A stretch of 64,000 nucleotides of DNA, counting the filler, from Dirinaria sp. TL-2023a (lineage: Eukaryota), in the NCBI GenBank assembly GCA_051941275.1. It is 4 parts of 4 records of this genome, joined end to end, with 100 filler letters (N's around TTAATTAATTAA, not from the genome) between each part and the next. Parts side by side here need not be neighbours in the genome. Positions count along the whole stretch, not along the records: positions 49,028 to 64,000 come from JAVEBF010000569.1; 3 more parts are not named here. One strand, 5' to 3'. The notes under the pieces were generated by a model that made no database searches, was not told where the DNA came from, and was given only the letters and a program-made list of their open reading frames with translations. Positions 50,953-63,543 of the stretch are shown piece by piece. Numbering within the stretch: position 1 is the stretch's first letter; each line of letters opens with the position of its first letter. The translations under genes were made by a program, and so were the position numbers.

Positions 50953-51886
50953 ATGTTTTTACACCTTGAATGGGCAATGGGTTATCTCTTTGGGACCTAA
51001 TTGTTAGCTGGTCTAGCCTTTTGCGCTCCCGTTATATAAAGTATGAATTTCTTTTCCGCCGTGCTTGAGATTCTTACGTTTCCTCTTCCACCAAAAGAAA
51101 AATAAGAAAAAAAAAAAAAAAAATTGCTCTGACGTACGCTAACCTCCTCTTCAGAGCGAGATTGCACAGGCTAGCACATTTTCCATTCTCCGCAGCCAGG
51201 CGACGCTGCGAAGAATAAGCAGAATTGGGTCAATATTGGCTTTACTCCCACTGACATGGCAATAATGATGAAGGAAGAGTGAGCACTCACAACATGATTA
51301 TTGACTAAGCATGCCGCGTTCGTTGATATTCACATGCTTCACAGCGCCGGCCGGCCAACGGTTCAATCGGACGAAAACGGCTCTCCCGGCGCCTTCGCTT
51401 TCACAATCTTCAACATGAATTGGTGGATGGTGAAAGTCTCTTGCCCGGAGTTTACGCCGCCTGGCTATGATCGGACCACGAACGAGGCCCAGATCCCACC
51501 CGATATCTTCCGTGACCTTAAGTATGCCCCTGCTCCCACCTGTATTCACGCACTGAGCGCCCGCTTTTCCCCCCATTGCACCACTTATTAACCGCTTTCC
51601 CCGCAGCAACAACCAGTCAGCGGCCCTTCAATGTTTGCACCAAACCATGAATGACCCTTTTTACAACCACGCTGGCGACAACCCTACTTCCCAAGACCAT
51701 CCCTCTCCAGGCTGGTGGGCCGCTCAGCGCGGCGGCCCAGGGGCTGCGATAGCATATCTGGGTGGGCAAGTACTCGACCCCACGGTGTCAGATTACATGT
51801 GGAACACCCTAGGGATCCGGAATTGGATTACGAAAGGAGACCATATGACGGATGATTGGATTGAATCGAGTTGCTTGAGTGGTTAG
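50953..51886 (+). pseudogene. Divergent GH134 (beta-1,4-mannanase, lysozyme-like fold) homologue with premature stops
   Basis: Introns 51041-51154, 51279-51344 and 51522-51606 give ..MGYLFGT*LLAGLAFCAPVI*K|RDCTG*HIFHSPQPGDAAKNKQNWVNIGFTPTDMAIMMKED|AGRPTVQSDENGSPGAFAFTIFNMNWWMVKVSC..DLN|NNQSAALQCLHQ..WWAAQRGG..HMTDD. Confidence 0.65.
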
Positions 51887-54721
51887 TTTTTCGCTCTTTT
51901 CGGTGACTTCAAAGAGAAGTAGTAAGCTGATCTTAGGCTCACAGGGCTCACTGCACCTGCGCCTTGCCCAAGCCAATTCCCCAATTGTGGAGCAGGCTCT
52001 CTATAGAGATCTCTCTATGTTGAATGATATGAGCGGTGCCACTACATATGCAGTCGTTTCAAGCGATCATATGTGTTTGGACGGATTGGTAAATCCTCGA
52101 GCAGACGCCATCACCTGGCATCTGACAGGCTCCCTTGATTCTGACCATCAATCTCTGTGTCTCATCTTGTACATATCTGGCACGTCAGGGACCATCATGG
52201 CACGCATTCCCCGATACAATAAAATGGATTATAGTAGCTCAATGGAGTACGATAATCAAACCTGCGAGATGGCGCATGCTCCGACACTTCCTCCCCCCCC
52301 CCAAAAAAAAGAAGAAGAGAAAAAAAAAAAAAAACCGAGCGGCTAATCTGTGTATAGCCAAGAATCCCGCGGCAGTTTATGGCAATTGATAGGACATTAA
52401 CAGGAAGGTAGGAAATTGCGCCGCCCCCCTCAAAAAAAGGTAGAGGCCCAAGTCTGAACTTCGAACTTACCACATTGCTCAGTTTAAACTTAATGCTGAC
52501 TTTTATGTAGGATTTCAGGACCGAAGTTGCTACTGCTGCGCTAAGTAGCCGTTTATTGGGAATATCGTCTGGAACTTTGTAACATGTATCGCGGTTGAGA
52601 TATCCAGCCTCTCTGCTTCACATGGGAGTCAATGCACTCACACACTGTTTTACTTGCTTCACAGTACCTTCTCTTCCGCTCAAAAGATCGCTGCAAGTTT
52701 GTAGCCCTTGATATAAGCATCGTAGGCGAGTCTTCAGCTGACCAGCCAGAGAAGAGCCAGTTGCAAAGACAGCTCTGATGCGGCAAGGCTGCCTTTTGGT
52801 CGTCAATTTACCTATAGAGACTTTTTGAGATGAGACAGCGGCATTCAAAAACTCGCTTGAGGGTGATTGTCATTGGTTCTGTAGAAGATGCGGTGCAGTT
52901 CTGCCAGCGTTCGCTTGGCAAGCCATGAGGCTGCCCGCCCTTGGCGCTGCTTGTGGTGGGAGGCCATCTTTTTGACTGCTCCATCCCTGGATATTATTGT
53001 GTGCTCCAAATTTTGGGTTATTTTTGCAACTCCCACCGGACGCCTCCCGCCTCTCTGCAAATTTACAGTTGCGTCTGGTGGCGTGTACAGATGTGGTGGT
53101 CTCGCATTAGTGCTGGTCGATGGCGAGGCAGAGACCATTCATCGGTCGGTACCTTGAGTGCGGTTAAGCTGTTAGTTAGTTTGAGCGCTATCGCTCGAAT
53201 TACTATTATTGCGTAAATGTTCAACCTGATAGGAAATCAGATTATGGTATCATTGTATCGTTATTGTATGGGACCCCTCGGACCCAGTTTTCTCGGCCTT
53301 TCGTAAGACCGAGGAACGCGATCTTTACTCAGGGCCCGGAACGGGAACGGGCCGGCGATCACCGACGATTTGAGCTGGATAGCCTGGACTACACTTCACC
53401 CCAAGTCAATGAAAGTCCAGTCCAGCAGGGGTTGAAAGCCAAGACACTGAGACAGAAAGACCTCGGCAATTAACTCAGCCATGTTTGAAGCTTCTTCCGC
53501 TCCGATCACGGCTCTGTTATGTATCAGTAGGAAGTTCTGGACGTAGCAGCTCATACGGCATTTTTACGAGATATAGCTCATCCTATATAGATCACCTAAA
53601 GCAATACCTTACGCGGACTGCACCACTCCCGCGAAGCTGCAAAATGATAGGTGCGAAATAGTGGAGTATGGATGCAGGTGCAGACCGTGATTCCACATAC
53701 ACACGGTACCTAGACAATTTGCGACTTAAGTGCCTGGGCTGGACCCTCTCCGCCCCAGCATCGGCGGCGCAGCAGTCCCAGAGGGTGTCGCATATTCCAT
53801 ACCCGATTCAGAAAACTTCTTCCCCCACCACAGTGCTGACTCGTTCTCAGAACCATTCCGACACTGTAGAATCCAATCCCGTTCAGAGCTGGCCCCTCGC
53901 GACTTCAAACGGTCCGACCCAGGATGCGTGCGCTCTGCATATCGCACGAGCGACCTTCGAGTCAAAATGCATGCGGGCAAGGGAGGTATCCTCCTCACGT
54001 CATGTTGCACGAAGGGATACCAATCACCCGGTTCTCGAGCTGCGGATGAGGCACCCATCGAAGCAAAAGTCAGCATATGAACGTTTCACAAGCGCCGTCC
54101 TGCACCCATAAATGTCAGATGGACTCTGTCAAAACCAAGGGTGTAGCAAATTGCTGAGTGCATGCATGTGGCCCAGTCGGAGCTTCAGTGGCGTTGATGG
54201 CTCTCTTGTCCATTTTCAGTGGCCACAAGTTTTACCGTTCTGATGACCCACAGTCGAGCTGAGACGATGGCGCTCAATGTGGGGAGCTTGAACTGTCAAT
54301 CCGCTTCTGTGGGTGTAGGACAGTGTGCATATAATGGCAAAGCAACGCTTTTGAATACCGCCCCTACTTATTCGCATGTCGCCCTTGAAGCTCATAAATC
54401 GAATCACACTCGTCACAAGCCTGAGATGACTCGTCATCAAACGCCTTTCCCTTGGCAGAGAAGCCACTACTTGGCTTATTAACAGATACATAGCGTCTAA
54501 CAGCTTCGAAGTATTTGGGAACATGCTCAAAGCTGAATAATACCACGCCTAGTCGACGAAGCCAGACTACTCAACCGCTTCATCACCGAACAACAATCGA
54601 CGGCGCACAGGATTTCTTTCCTTATTTGATAATTCCCTTGAGTATCGTCACACTCATCAGATATTCCTGCAAGCCTAATACTCTGCCATTCGACGATATA
54701 ATCGGCGTTATCACAAATACC

Positions 54722-56277
54722 ATGGCAGACCCTTGGCAATCACAAGGACCTCCTCAAGGTCCACTACCAGATCATAGCTCCCATGTTATCGCTGCTGCTA
54801 TTTGCGCTATCGTGTTCTCCACAGCCGCTGTTGTCCTGCGGTGTGTCGCTAGACGGATGTCAAAGGCGGGCTTCTGGTGGGACGACTGGATAATAATTGC
54901 ATCTCTTGTAAGGCCGCTTTTCATCTGAAGTCGGGTCGATCTGATGATAGAGATGTAGCCTTTCACGTGGGCACTTGTTGGCGACTACTTGGTTTGGGTA
55001 TCTGTCGGGCTGGGCAAGCATGTCTGGTCACCCGGTGTCCAACCTGAGACAGGAATGAAAATTTTGCTCGCTGCAGAATGTATCTACGACACAAGCATCA
55101 CTCTGATCCGTATCTCGGTGCTCTTATTCTACTATCGCGTATTCGGAAAGGAACGCTGGTTCAAGATTGCTTTGTGGATGACTTCTGCAATCCTCATAGG
55201 GTGGTTTGTCGCCATCACTGTCCTTGCCGTCTTCCAGTGCAGTCCTGTGGCAAGACAATGGGATTTCAGCATTCCTGGCCATTGCTACAGCCTTTATGGG
55301 ACATTTCTGGGGGTGACAATACCGAACGTCTTTGTTGATCTTATATTACTCCTCCTGCCTTTACCCATACTGTGGAAACTTCAACTCCAGCTCAAGAAAA
55401 AAATCGCTTTGATTGCAAACTTCATGCTTGGCTATAGGTAAGCGATATTGTAAACGCGTCTTGCATGAGGTCTCAGTCAGCTGACAATTACGAAGCGTTA
55501 TCATCGTAACAATTTTCCGACTCCTATCAATCATCCGAGTGCCGGCTGATGCAGCCGAGGACTTGACCTGTAAGTAGATTTCAAATTTCTCACTCCTAAT
55601 TTTATCCTAATATTATCTTTTTTCTTTTTTGCTATTTTAATCGGCTTATTATCGACTGAGGGCTGGATCGAATTATTAGCTTTCCTATCAAATACGAATC
55701 GACTGATTCTTTTGCAGGGAATTCAGTAACACCTTCCATACTGTTTCTGGTGGAGCCTGCCGTCGCAACCGTCAGTATTTGCCTTCCAAGTGTATGGTCC
55801 CTCTGCATTCTTGGCTACAAGCGCTTCCCAACCGAATACATTCGTAGCCGCTGGTCAAACCGCTCCATCAATTTTCGCAGCAGATCCAGCAAAAGAGACA
55901 GCCACAAGGTTAGCGAAAGGAGTGCCACTCCACTCTTTCCCGAGAAAGCCCGCACCTACCCCGTTAGCCGGCAAAACACGGCCGAGGACAAGAAACCTTT
56001 TGCGAATGTCAAGGAGAATCCGCGCTCCTTCTCGCCTGCCACCGTGTTCGAAGAAGAGCCATCAGAAGATATACGATCACCCGGGGATTTGCAAGCGACG
56101 GAGTTCGAGCAAAGGGTAAGATTGTATTATAACCACTCTGCTTTCAGCGGTGGATCACAAGAAGCGCTTCAACAAGGTTCGTGGAATAGGGATGATCTCG
56201 AAAAGGGTGGTTTACCTATGAAGAGGAATCCGCTGCCGGTGCCTCCAAAGGAAAAGTATACTGTTGTTATTTCATGA
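54722..56277 (+). CDS. Pth11-like (rhodopsin domain) integral membrane protein
   Basis: VVLRCVARR..GFWWDDW, GLGKHVW, RISVLLFYYRVF, FQCSPV..W..GHC, DLILLLLPLPILWKLQL and EPAVATVSICLP. Three introns. Confidence 0.92.
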
Positions 56278-58196
56278 TTCGGTAATGATAATGGAGATTA
56301 TAACCATCGAAAGGTGATTGGCGTTGCATAATATACCTATAGAAATGTCCGATAACGACAGTTTGATTGATAGTCATAGCCATAATCATTCGCTATCTGG
56401 AAAGCTCTACCACGAGACAGTCTTCAATCGCTGTCATCCTAGTCGGTTGCGGAGGGTAAGGTATTGGTAAGGCAAGCTCCCGTTGTGCCGGTACCTTAAG
56501 GTAATCTTACCTTATGCACACTACACCACAAAAGGCTAGCGTATGCATCTTAGATGAACAGGTCGTCAAAACTTCAGGAACCCAATCTCGACATCATGTA
56601 TCAAGTGAAGGTTATTTTTTCAAGCCTAGATCAGATCTACCAAGCAGCCATCAGAGTGTCAGTGATCCTGCAGCCGCTTCTAATTAACCGCGAAGTCACT
56701 TACTCGATACACCTCGCTTATCTCTTTCAAGGCTAAGTCCAGCAAGTGAGTGTGCCTGATTCAGAGATGCCATTCAGTCCTCGATAAGTTGCGTGAACCC
56801 AGGTCGCGTATCTCCCGTCGCTTTTTGAATAGATTGAGGGCATTCTCGAAGTAATTCAACGAGGTCCCGCAAGAAAATTTTTCTTCTCTCATTGTATCTT
56901 GGCGCTGCGGCAAAGCAGCACGACTTCATTTTCTCTCTCCTTGCAACTTCCTCCGGGTAAAAGAGGCAGCAGCTACCATCATTTCCATTGAAGCTTTGTT
57001 TCACATACAGGAGCATGATCTCGAAATATAATTATAGCCATCAGACATCTACTTTATCGATTTTCTAAGGCAGGGGATCACTGCACTTGCTGCAACCTTT
57101 GCCGAACCCACCACCTCGGATATATAAAATTTCAGTTCCATTGGGCTACTTAGTATAATTCTGCACACACATCCGAAGGCGCCATCTTGGGCTCACCCTT
57201 CGGTTCCTTCTTCCCGGACATCTCAATTCTCGGATGTCACGCCCCACGGAGATCACGAGAAGCCCGTTCTCATGCCTGAGTCAGGCCTGCGATACATCAA
57301 AAATACCTCAGATTATGATTTTCTCCATAGCTCTGGTCGTCCGGCTCGGCTGTTCCTTGCATGGAGCTGTTGCCGGGACACCCTGGTTGGCGAATGGAAG
57401 GCGCAGCCTCCGTTTTGGATCCGGCAAGTAGTGGTCTCTCTCAGGTGACTATCGTCGCCAGCTGATCGATTCCACGTCTTCCGCGGTATTTAAGTCTGCC
57501 CAACAAGTTATCCAAAGCTAATAGGTTGTTGCCTTGTCTCATCTTTACTCATCGCAGGCCGATCTGCTGGTAATTATTTTGCATGAATCTTTCAAGCCAT
57601 CCGAGGTGCTCCGCGTTTCTGCTGCAATATGTTGTCACCAGGGGGAAGCATCCTCGACGATGACAAACGAAGCCTTCAAGTTACTATTCGCGAATGTGTT
57701 TGCAATCTTGGATATGCGCGATTTTCCGTCTGTGGCTGTATTCAACAGCCTGCCATGATCCTTGCTCAACGTTCTGTGCTATACTAAATACCTCATGCCT
57801 TCCTCTTCTAGAGACTGTTCGTCAAAAACTGCCTCTGTTGCCTAGCATAGTAGCTTGAAAGCGCCCCGTTCCGGTCACCGAGCTACAGTTTTTTTTTTCT
57901 CTACGCACGGTTAATACGGCTCTTTTGCTTGGTGAGTTGAGGTATCTCTGGTTCTTCCCTTCAATAAGGTGCTCAAACTTCCGCGTCATCCGACGGCGAG
58001 ATCTATATAAGAGTGTCGTATCCTATCTCCTCTTTCTTTTTCTCTCCTCACCATAATCATCTTCCACTCGTATCTACGGCCACTGTAATTTCTGCTCTCC
58101 AACGCTATAAACTTCTATCTGCATTGAATCCATCGTAGATCTACTGCCTACCTTTTATCACCCAGTAATATCTCTCCAACTCCCTTTCCCCCAGCC

Positions 58197-59003
58197 ATGT
58201 CTTATTCCAGCAGCTGGGGTAGCTCATCCTCCGAAACCTCCTCCCGTTCCTACAAGCGCCGGTACTCACCAACACGGCCTAGTTCCTCAAGCGCCGTCCC
58301 GTCTTATGAGCCAGGCTGTATGTTCAACTTGCCTGGCTTGGAGGAGTGCAGCACCTTTTCGTGCAACCTCGATGGCATTGAGAAGGGAATCTTCAACCAT
58401 CCAGTGCTCCTACTCGAGGCCGATGGAGATCACGGGTACGTGCTCGTGACTTCTTCACTGGATGGCAAGAAGCTCGAGGAGTACCATCGTAAAGAGTACC
58501 ATGTGCAGATGGAGCACATGCCATTACTCCCTGCTCAGTCTCATCATCTTACAGGCGAGCAGCTTAAATTCGACCAGGGCCTGACAATGCCAAGGCCATG
58601 CTATGTCAAGATCAGGGACTCGCACAAAATCCCACTAGTCTGTCTCAAGCCTTACTTAGTTGGGCGCGACCAAGCACAGTTGAGGCTTGCAGCAGATTCC
58701 CTGTTTGATCTCCGGTGGGCCAGAGACAATACCAATGCCGATCGCGAGCTCAAACGTGGTGCTTGGCAGAATCCCTTGCCAGTTTCGCCGCCACAGACGC
58801 CATCGCCGCCGCAGACCTGTCGTCCATCAACGATAACGCGCGATTTGAACGCTCCCTGGAGAGGTTCAGCATCCAGCACCCCGCGCAGCCTCAATGACGA
58901 CTGGCGGAGGATCAATCCACGGCCCGCGCAGACTTCCGAGCGTAGGCTGGGATTCGGTCCCGATGGTATGTGGAGGAGGGATGTCGAGAGCTCGAGCCGA
59001 TGA
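58197..59003 (+). CDS. Hypothetical protein with a candidate PemK/MazF-like core
   Basis: Intronless 268-aa ORF with TATATAA at about 58004-58010 and a CT-rich leader. Core PGCMFNLP..NHPVLLL..VLVTSS..MPLLP..MPRPCYV..LRLAADSL. Confidence 0.75.
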   Translation: MSYSSSWGSSSSETSSRSYKRRYSPTRPSSSSAVPSYEPGCMFNLPGLEECSTFSCNLDGIEKGIFNHPVLLLEADGDHGYVLVTSSLDGKKLEEYHRKEYHVQMEHMPLLPAQSHHLTGEQLKFDQGLTMPRPCYVKIRDSHKIPLVCLKPYLVGRDQAQLRLAADSLFDLRWARDNTNADRELKRGAWQNPLPVSPPQTPSPPQTCRPSTITRDLNAPWRGSASSTPRSLNDDWRRINPRPAQTSERRLGFGPDGMWRRDVESSSR

Positions 59004-59023
59004 GTGATGGTCCGGGACAGATC

Positions 59024-59345
59024 GAGCGGTTGAAAGTCACGAGCTGCCAGCTACCATTAGGGCGCTCAAGGTACCAACTTCACAACCGCCAAGTATACCC
59101 GAGATGAAAAGTCCTATGTGATAGGCGTTATATTTTGAGAAAATTTGAGCGGGTGAGAGTCACGAGCTGCTAGCCAAGACCTAGACATGCTCCAGGTACC
59201 AATTTCACACCATCGCCAACCAAGTCCAGCATATGTGGTATCATTCACAGCATCTTGCCGGCGAAACAGCACTAGAAATTGCGCGGCTGAAAGTCATGAG
59301 TGGTCTGCCGTGGCCAAGGCGCACTCTAGGTACCAACCTCACAGC
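59024..59345 (+). repeat. Three degenerate direct repeats (about 120-135 nt period)
   Basis: Variants of GAGCGGxTGAAAGTCACGAG...AGGTACCAAYYTCACA at about 59024, 59147 and 59281. Confidence 0.7.
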
Positions 59346-59694
59346 CGCCGACCATTCTGAAGAACCTCTACCATTGTTAGAGATGAAGCAGTCCATCGTT
59401 ACGAATGGCCATTCCAATCGGGTCATACTCGAGGTACGAAACCCATAGCTGCAAGACATGTCCGGGTTATGGAATTTCTAAACCACCGACCCACCGAACA
59501 AGGAGCGCCAAGGCAATCATTGTCCGCGAGAGACTTTGGCTCCTGACCTTAATGAAGTATGTCTAATTCACCGACGAATCATGCGAAACAGCAGTTCCGA
59601 AGCACAAAAGTCCATCAAGGCTGCAATTTCTATGTACTCACCCATCACTACGATGATACCAATGTCGTCTTCTCGGAAAGGCATACCTCATCCA

Positions 59695-60628
59695 TCCACC
59701 AACTCATATAATGGCTTCCAGACCAGTTTTAGAAAGCCAAAAGCGCAGCAATACAGGATGTTGCTCGATTAACTCTTGGAAGACTCCAGCACCTACACAA
59801 TTCTGTCGAATTTCAGACCCTTTAAAGTCTTCACGAGGCCAAAACCCAAACGACGACCACCATTAGCAGCAGTTCCATCAAGCTGAAAGTCACGAAAGAG
59901 ATACTTGGTTTGGCTCTCGATCCTATAGGATGCTGAAATACCTTGAGACTATACAGTCATACGGTGGATCAATACATCTTCGATACTCTGGATCTACTTT
60001 CTATACCTCCAACTCAAGAAATGGCTTTCAGACTAGTTCTAGAAAGCCAAAAGCGCAGCAATACAGGATCTCCCTCGATTACCTCTTGGAAGATTTCAGC
60101 ACCCATACAATCCTGTCGAGTTCTAGACCCTTTAAAGTCTTCACGAGACCAAAACCCAAAACGACGACCACCATTAGCAGCAGTACCATCAAGCTGAAAG
60201 TCACGAATGGGATACTTGATTTGGCTCTCGATACTATACGATGCTGGAATACCTTGATGCTGAACAGTAATACGGTGGACCAATACATCTTCGACACCCT
60301 GGATCTACCTTCTACATCATCAACTCAAAAAATGGCTTTCAGACTAGTTTCAGAAAGTCAAAAGTGCAGCAATACAGAATCTTTCTCGATTATCTCTTGG
60401 AAGACTTTAGCATCTATACAATTCTGTCAAATTTCAGACTCTTTCAAGTCTTCACGAGACATAAACACAGATCAACGATCATCAGCAGCAGCAATTTCAT
60501 CAAGCTGAAAGTCACAAAGGAGATCTTTCTGTTTAGCTCTCGATCCTATAGGATGCTGGAATATCTTAAGGCTATACAGTCATGCGGTGGACCAATACAT
60601 CTTCGAGACCCTGGATCTACCTTCTACA
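59695..60628 (+). repeat. Degenerate tandem repeat, three copies of about 310 nt
   Basis: ATGGCTTYCAGACYAGTTYYAGAAAGYCAAAAGYGCAGCAATACAG at 59711, 60021 and 60332. CATCAAGCTGAAAGTCAC occurs in each unit. Confidence 0.92.
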
Positions 60629-60721
60629 AAGCATTCCACACAAGGATAGTACTCCATCGCCTAGGTCCCAAATTCCAGACATTGCGTTATCGAAACCAAT
60701 CGGTATCGATACGATTCAAAT

Positions 60722-62800
60722 CCCCTGTCTACATCATATGCACCAACTCGCCTGACTATCGCATATGGAATCATTCTTCCTGATAGCTGAACTCAACCTA
60801 TATACTCCTACGATTACAGAATGTATTACTACCATTCAGACCACATTCAGTCGAAAAGATACATCATATACACCCGAAATCAAACGAAACAATCACAGAC
60901 ATTGCCGCATCTCCGCTATAGAGCGCTGTATATCTAAACACATAAATCCAAGACGCACTCAGAGAAACGCATTCAGAGAACTTCATCCCTTAAAACGCTT
61001 CTTTCTAGGTGAATCGGCTGACACATATCGAGAGCGACATCCCGCGCCCGGATCCTCCACTTTACTCGAAGGCGGAGGATATCTTTGGATGAGTGGTATC
61101 AGAACAAACTCCAGAAATCGATGGATAACAGCATACATAAGCTATCCCACCAACCAAACTCAACCCACATACTCCTACGACTACAGCATGTATTATTACT
61201 ACTGTACCATCCAGACCATATCCAGTCTGAAAGGCATACAACAACCGAAGTCAAAATAAAACAGTCACAAGCATTCCTACACCCGCTGCAGAGCGCTGTA
61301 TGTCTAAACGCCTAACACCCAAGATGCACCCGGCGGATGCTGCAGGCACAGGACTTCATCCCTTGAAACGCTGCTTTCCTGTCTACATCATATGCACCAA
61401 CTCGCCTGGCTATCGCATATAGATTCATTCTTCCTGCCAGCTAAACTCAACTCACATACTTCTACAACTACAGCATGTATTACTCCCATTCAGATCATAT
61501 TCAGTCGCAAAGATGTACCATATACATCCGAAATCAAACAAAATCGTTACAGACATTTCTTCACCTCCGCTACAGACCGCTGTATATCTAAACACATAAG
61601 TTCAAGACGCACTCACAGAACTTCATTTCTTAAATCGCTTCTTTCTAGATACATCGGTCGACACAGACCAAGAGAAACAGCCAGCGCGCAGATATGCTCC
61701 CCATTTACTCGTCGAAGTCGAAGAAGAATCCCTTTCTATGAATAATATCAGAACAGACTTCAGAATTATGTGCATAATAGCATACATAAGCTATCTCAAC
61801 CTCGCACTCCGTTCGTTCGTCGTATCATCGCCGCGTGTTTACTCAAAGTCTTCAGCCTCCAAATTTTTCTTCCTCCTCCGGCCTTCACTCTATACAAAAA
61901 TCTAGCGTCAAATTTAGCCAGACACTGTATTACTTTCTCAACGCATCACGACCACAAAAAAAAAAAAAAAAAACGCAGACTCGAAACCGCGCACTTTTCA
62001 TAATCAGGTTTTTACTGTCTGATATTTATCGTACGCAACGACGATGACGATTTATTTTTAATGACGATGATGATGATGATGATGATGTTAAAAAATTCAA
62101 CAGCATCTTCATACACGTCAGTTAGCGCGCAAATTCTTCACATTTACTCCGCGAAGGAGAATCCCTTTCTATGAATGATATCAGAACAAACTCCAGAAAT
62201 CGATGCATAGCAGCATACAGAAGCTATCTCAACATCGCACTCAGTCCGTCCGTCGTATCATCGCCGCGTGCTTACTCAAAAATCTTCAGCCTTCAGTCTC
62301 CAAAGTTTTCTTCTCTTTGTCGACCTTCACTCCATACAAAAATCCAGCATCAAATTTAGCCAGACACCGCGTTACTTTCCCACGAAGCATAAAAACAAAA
62401 AAGTAACCTCCACATCACCCGTCGGAGTTGAAGGACGATCTCTTTCTATGAATGATATCAGAACAGAATCTCAGAATTCTCGATGCACAATAACATACAA
62501 AATCTATCTCGACTCCGCACTCATGTCGGTCGTCGAATCACTGTCGCGTATTTCCCCCTAACCCAAAGGCCTCCGGCCTCCAAAGTTCTCTCTTCTCTCG
62601 GTCTTCCCTACATACAAGAATCCAACATCGCATTAGCCCGCTACTACATTACTTTCTCCCTCCAAAAAAAGGGGGAGCAGACGCAAAAACGCCCACTCTT
62701 CAAAAATCGGGTTATTTACTGTCTGATGTCTATCGTATCGCAACGACTCTGTACGATTTATTTATGATGACGATAATGATGATAATATTAGGCAACTCAA
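60722..62800 (+). repeat. Nested degenerate direct repeats
   Basis: CCTGTCTACATCATATGCACCAACTCGCCTG at about 60724 and 61378. TTTCTATGAATRATATCAGAACA at about 61733, 62165 and 62443, with a related copy at about 61084. Confidence 0.88.
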
Positions 62801-63543
62801 CAGCATCTCCATCCACACCAGCTACAGTATACCCTATCTTCTCAACACAATCTCCCCACCACCAACTCATGAAAACCCCATTCATCACCTCAAAACCCCT
62901 AAAACAGAAACAAAAAAACAAATAGAGGGGGACAAAAAAAGGTTTGCGTGGAGAATGTACACAAACATAGCCGAACATCAATTCAGTTCAGCGGTCCATT
63001 AACGAGATTTTGAGATTGGGTTGGATTGGATTGATGCCCTTTTTCCCTCCTTCTTCTCCAAGCTGCTTGTGTTGGAAGCATTGACTCCGTTGTGCGTGCT
63101 TCTACCTTGGAGTATATATTAGCGTTCCTTTCCCGTAGCATTACTATAGAATCAGCAAGCAGATAATGAATCTAATCTGAAACCTTCTCTTGCATTCTCT
63201 GCTTCGGTCCGATCTGTTTCCCTTCAATCTACGTGTCAAATTTTCATGATATTTGATCTTCTTTTTTTTTTTTTTTTTTTGGTTGGAAAGGGACAGGAGG
63301 ACTGTATGAAATATGTAGGTTGAGGAAGGGAGTGTGTTTCAAGCATATATATTTTATGTCCGTCTCTTCCATGAATTGCACCGGGACACTCTGGAAAGGA
63401 AAAGGAGACAGGATGATGCTTTACGATTTGCTTAGACGCCTACCTTCTTGCAAACCCGAATAAAAAAAATTCCGGAAACCGTACAATACTTCCACAAAAA
63501 AAGGGAATCCACTTCAAAACAAAAACAAAAAAAAAAAGCACAT

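Noticed and set aside
50998..51174. Reassignment of TAA/TAG to an amino acid to explain the GH134-like stops
   Set aside because: TAA and TAG terminate conserved genes normally in this window (ACBP, RpiB, and MCM5 on the same contig).
59695..62800. CRISPR-like array, or real genes from ORFs 59930-60508, 60364-60783 and 60765-61259
   Set aside because: The units are hundreds of nt long, degenerate and without unique spacers. No cas genes are present and the context is eukaryotic. Frames are not preserved between copies.
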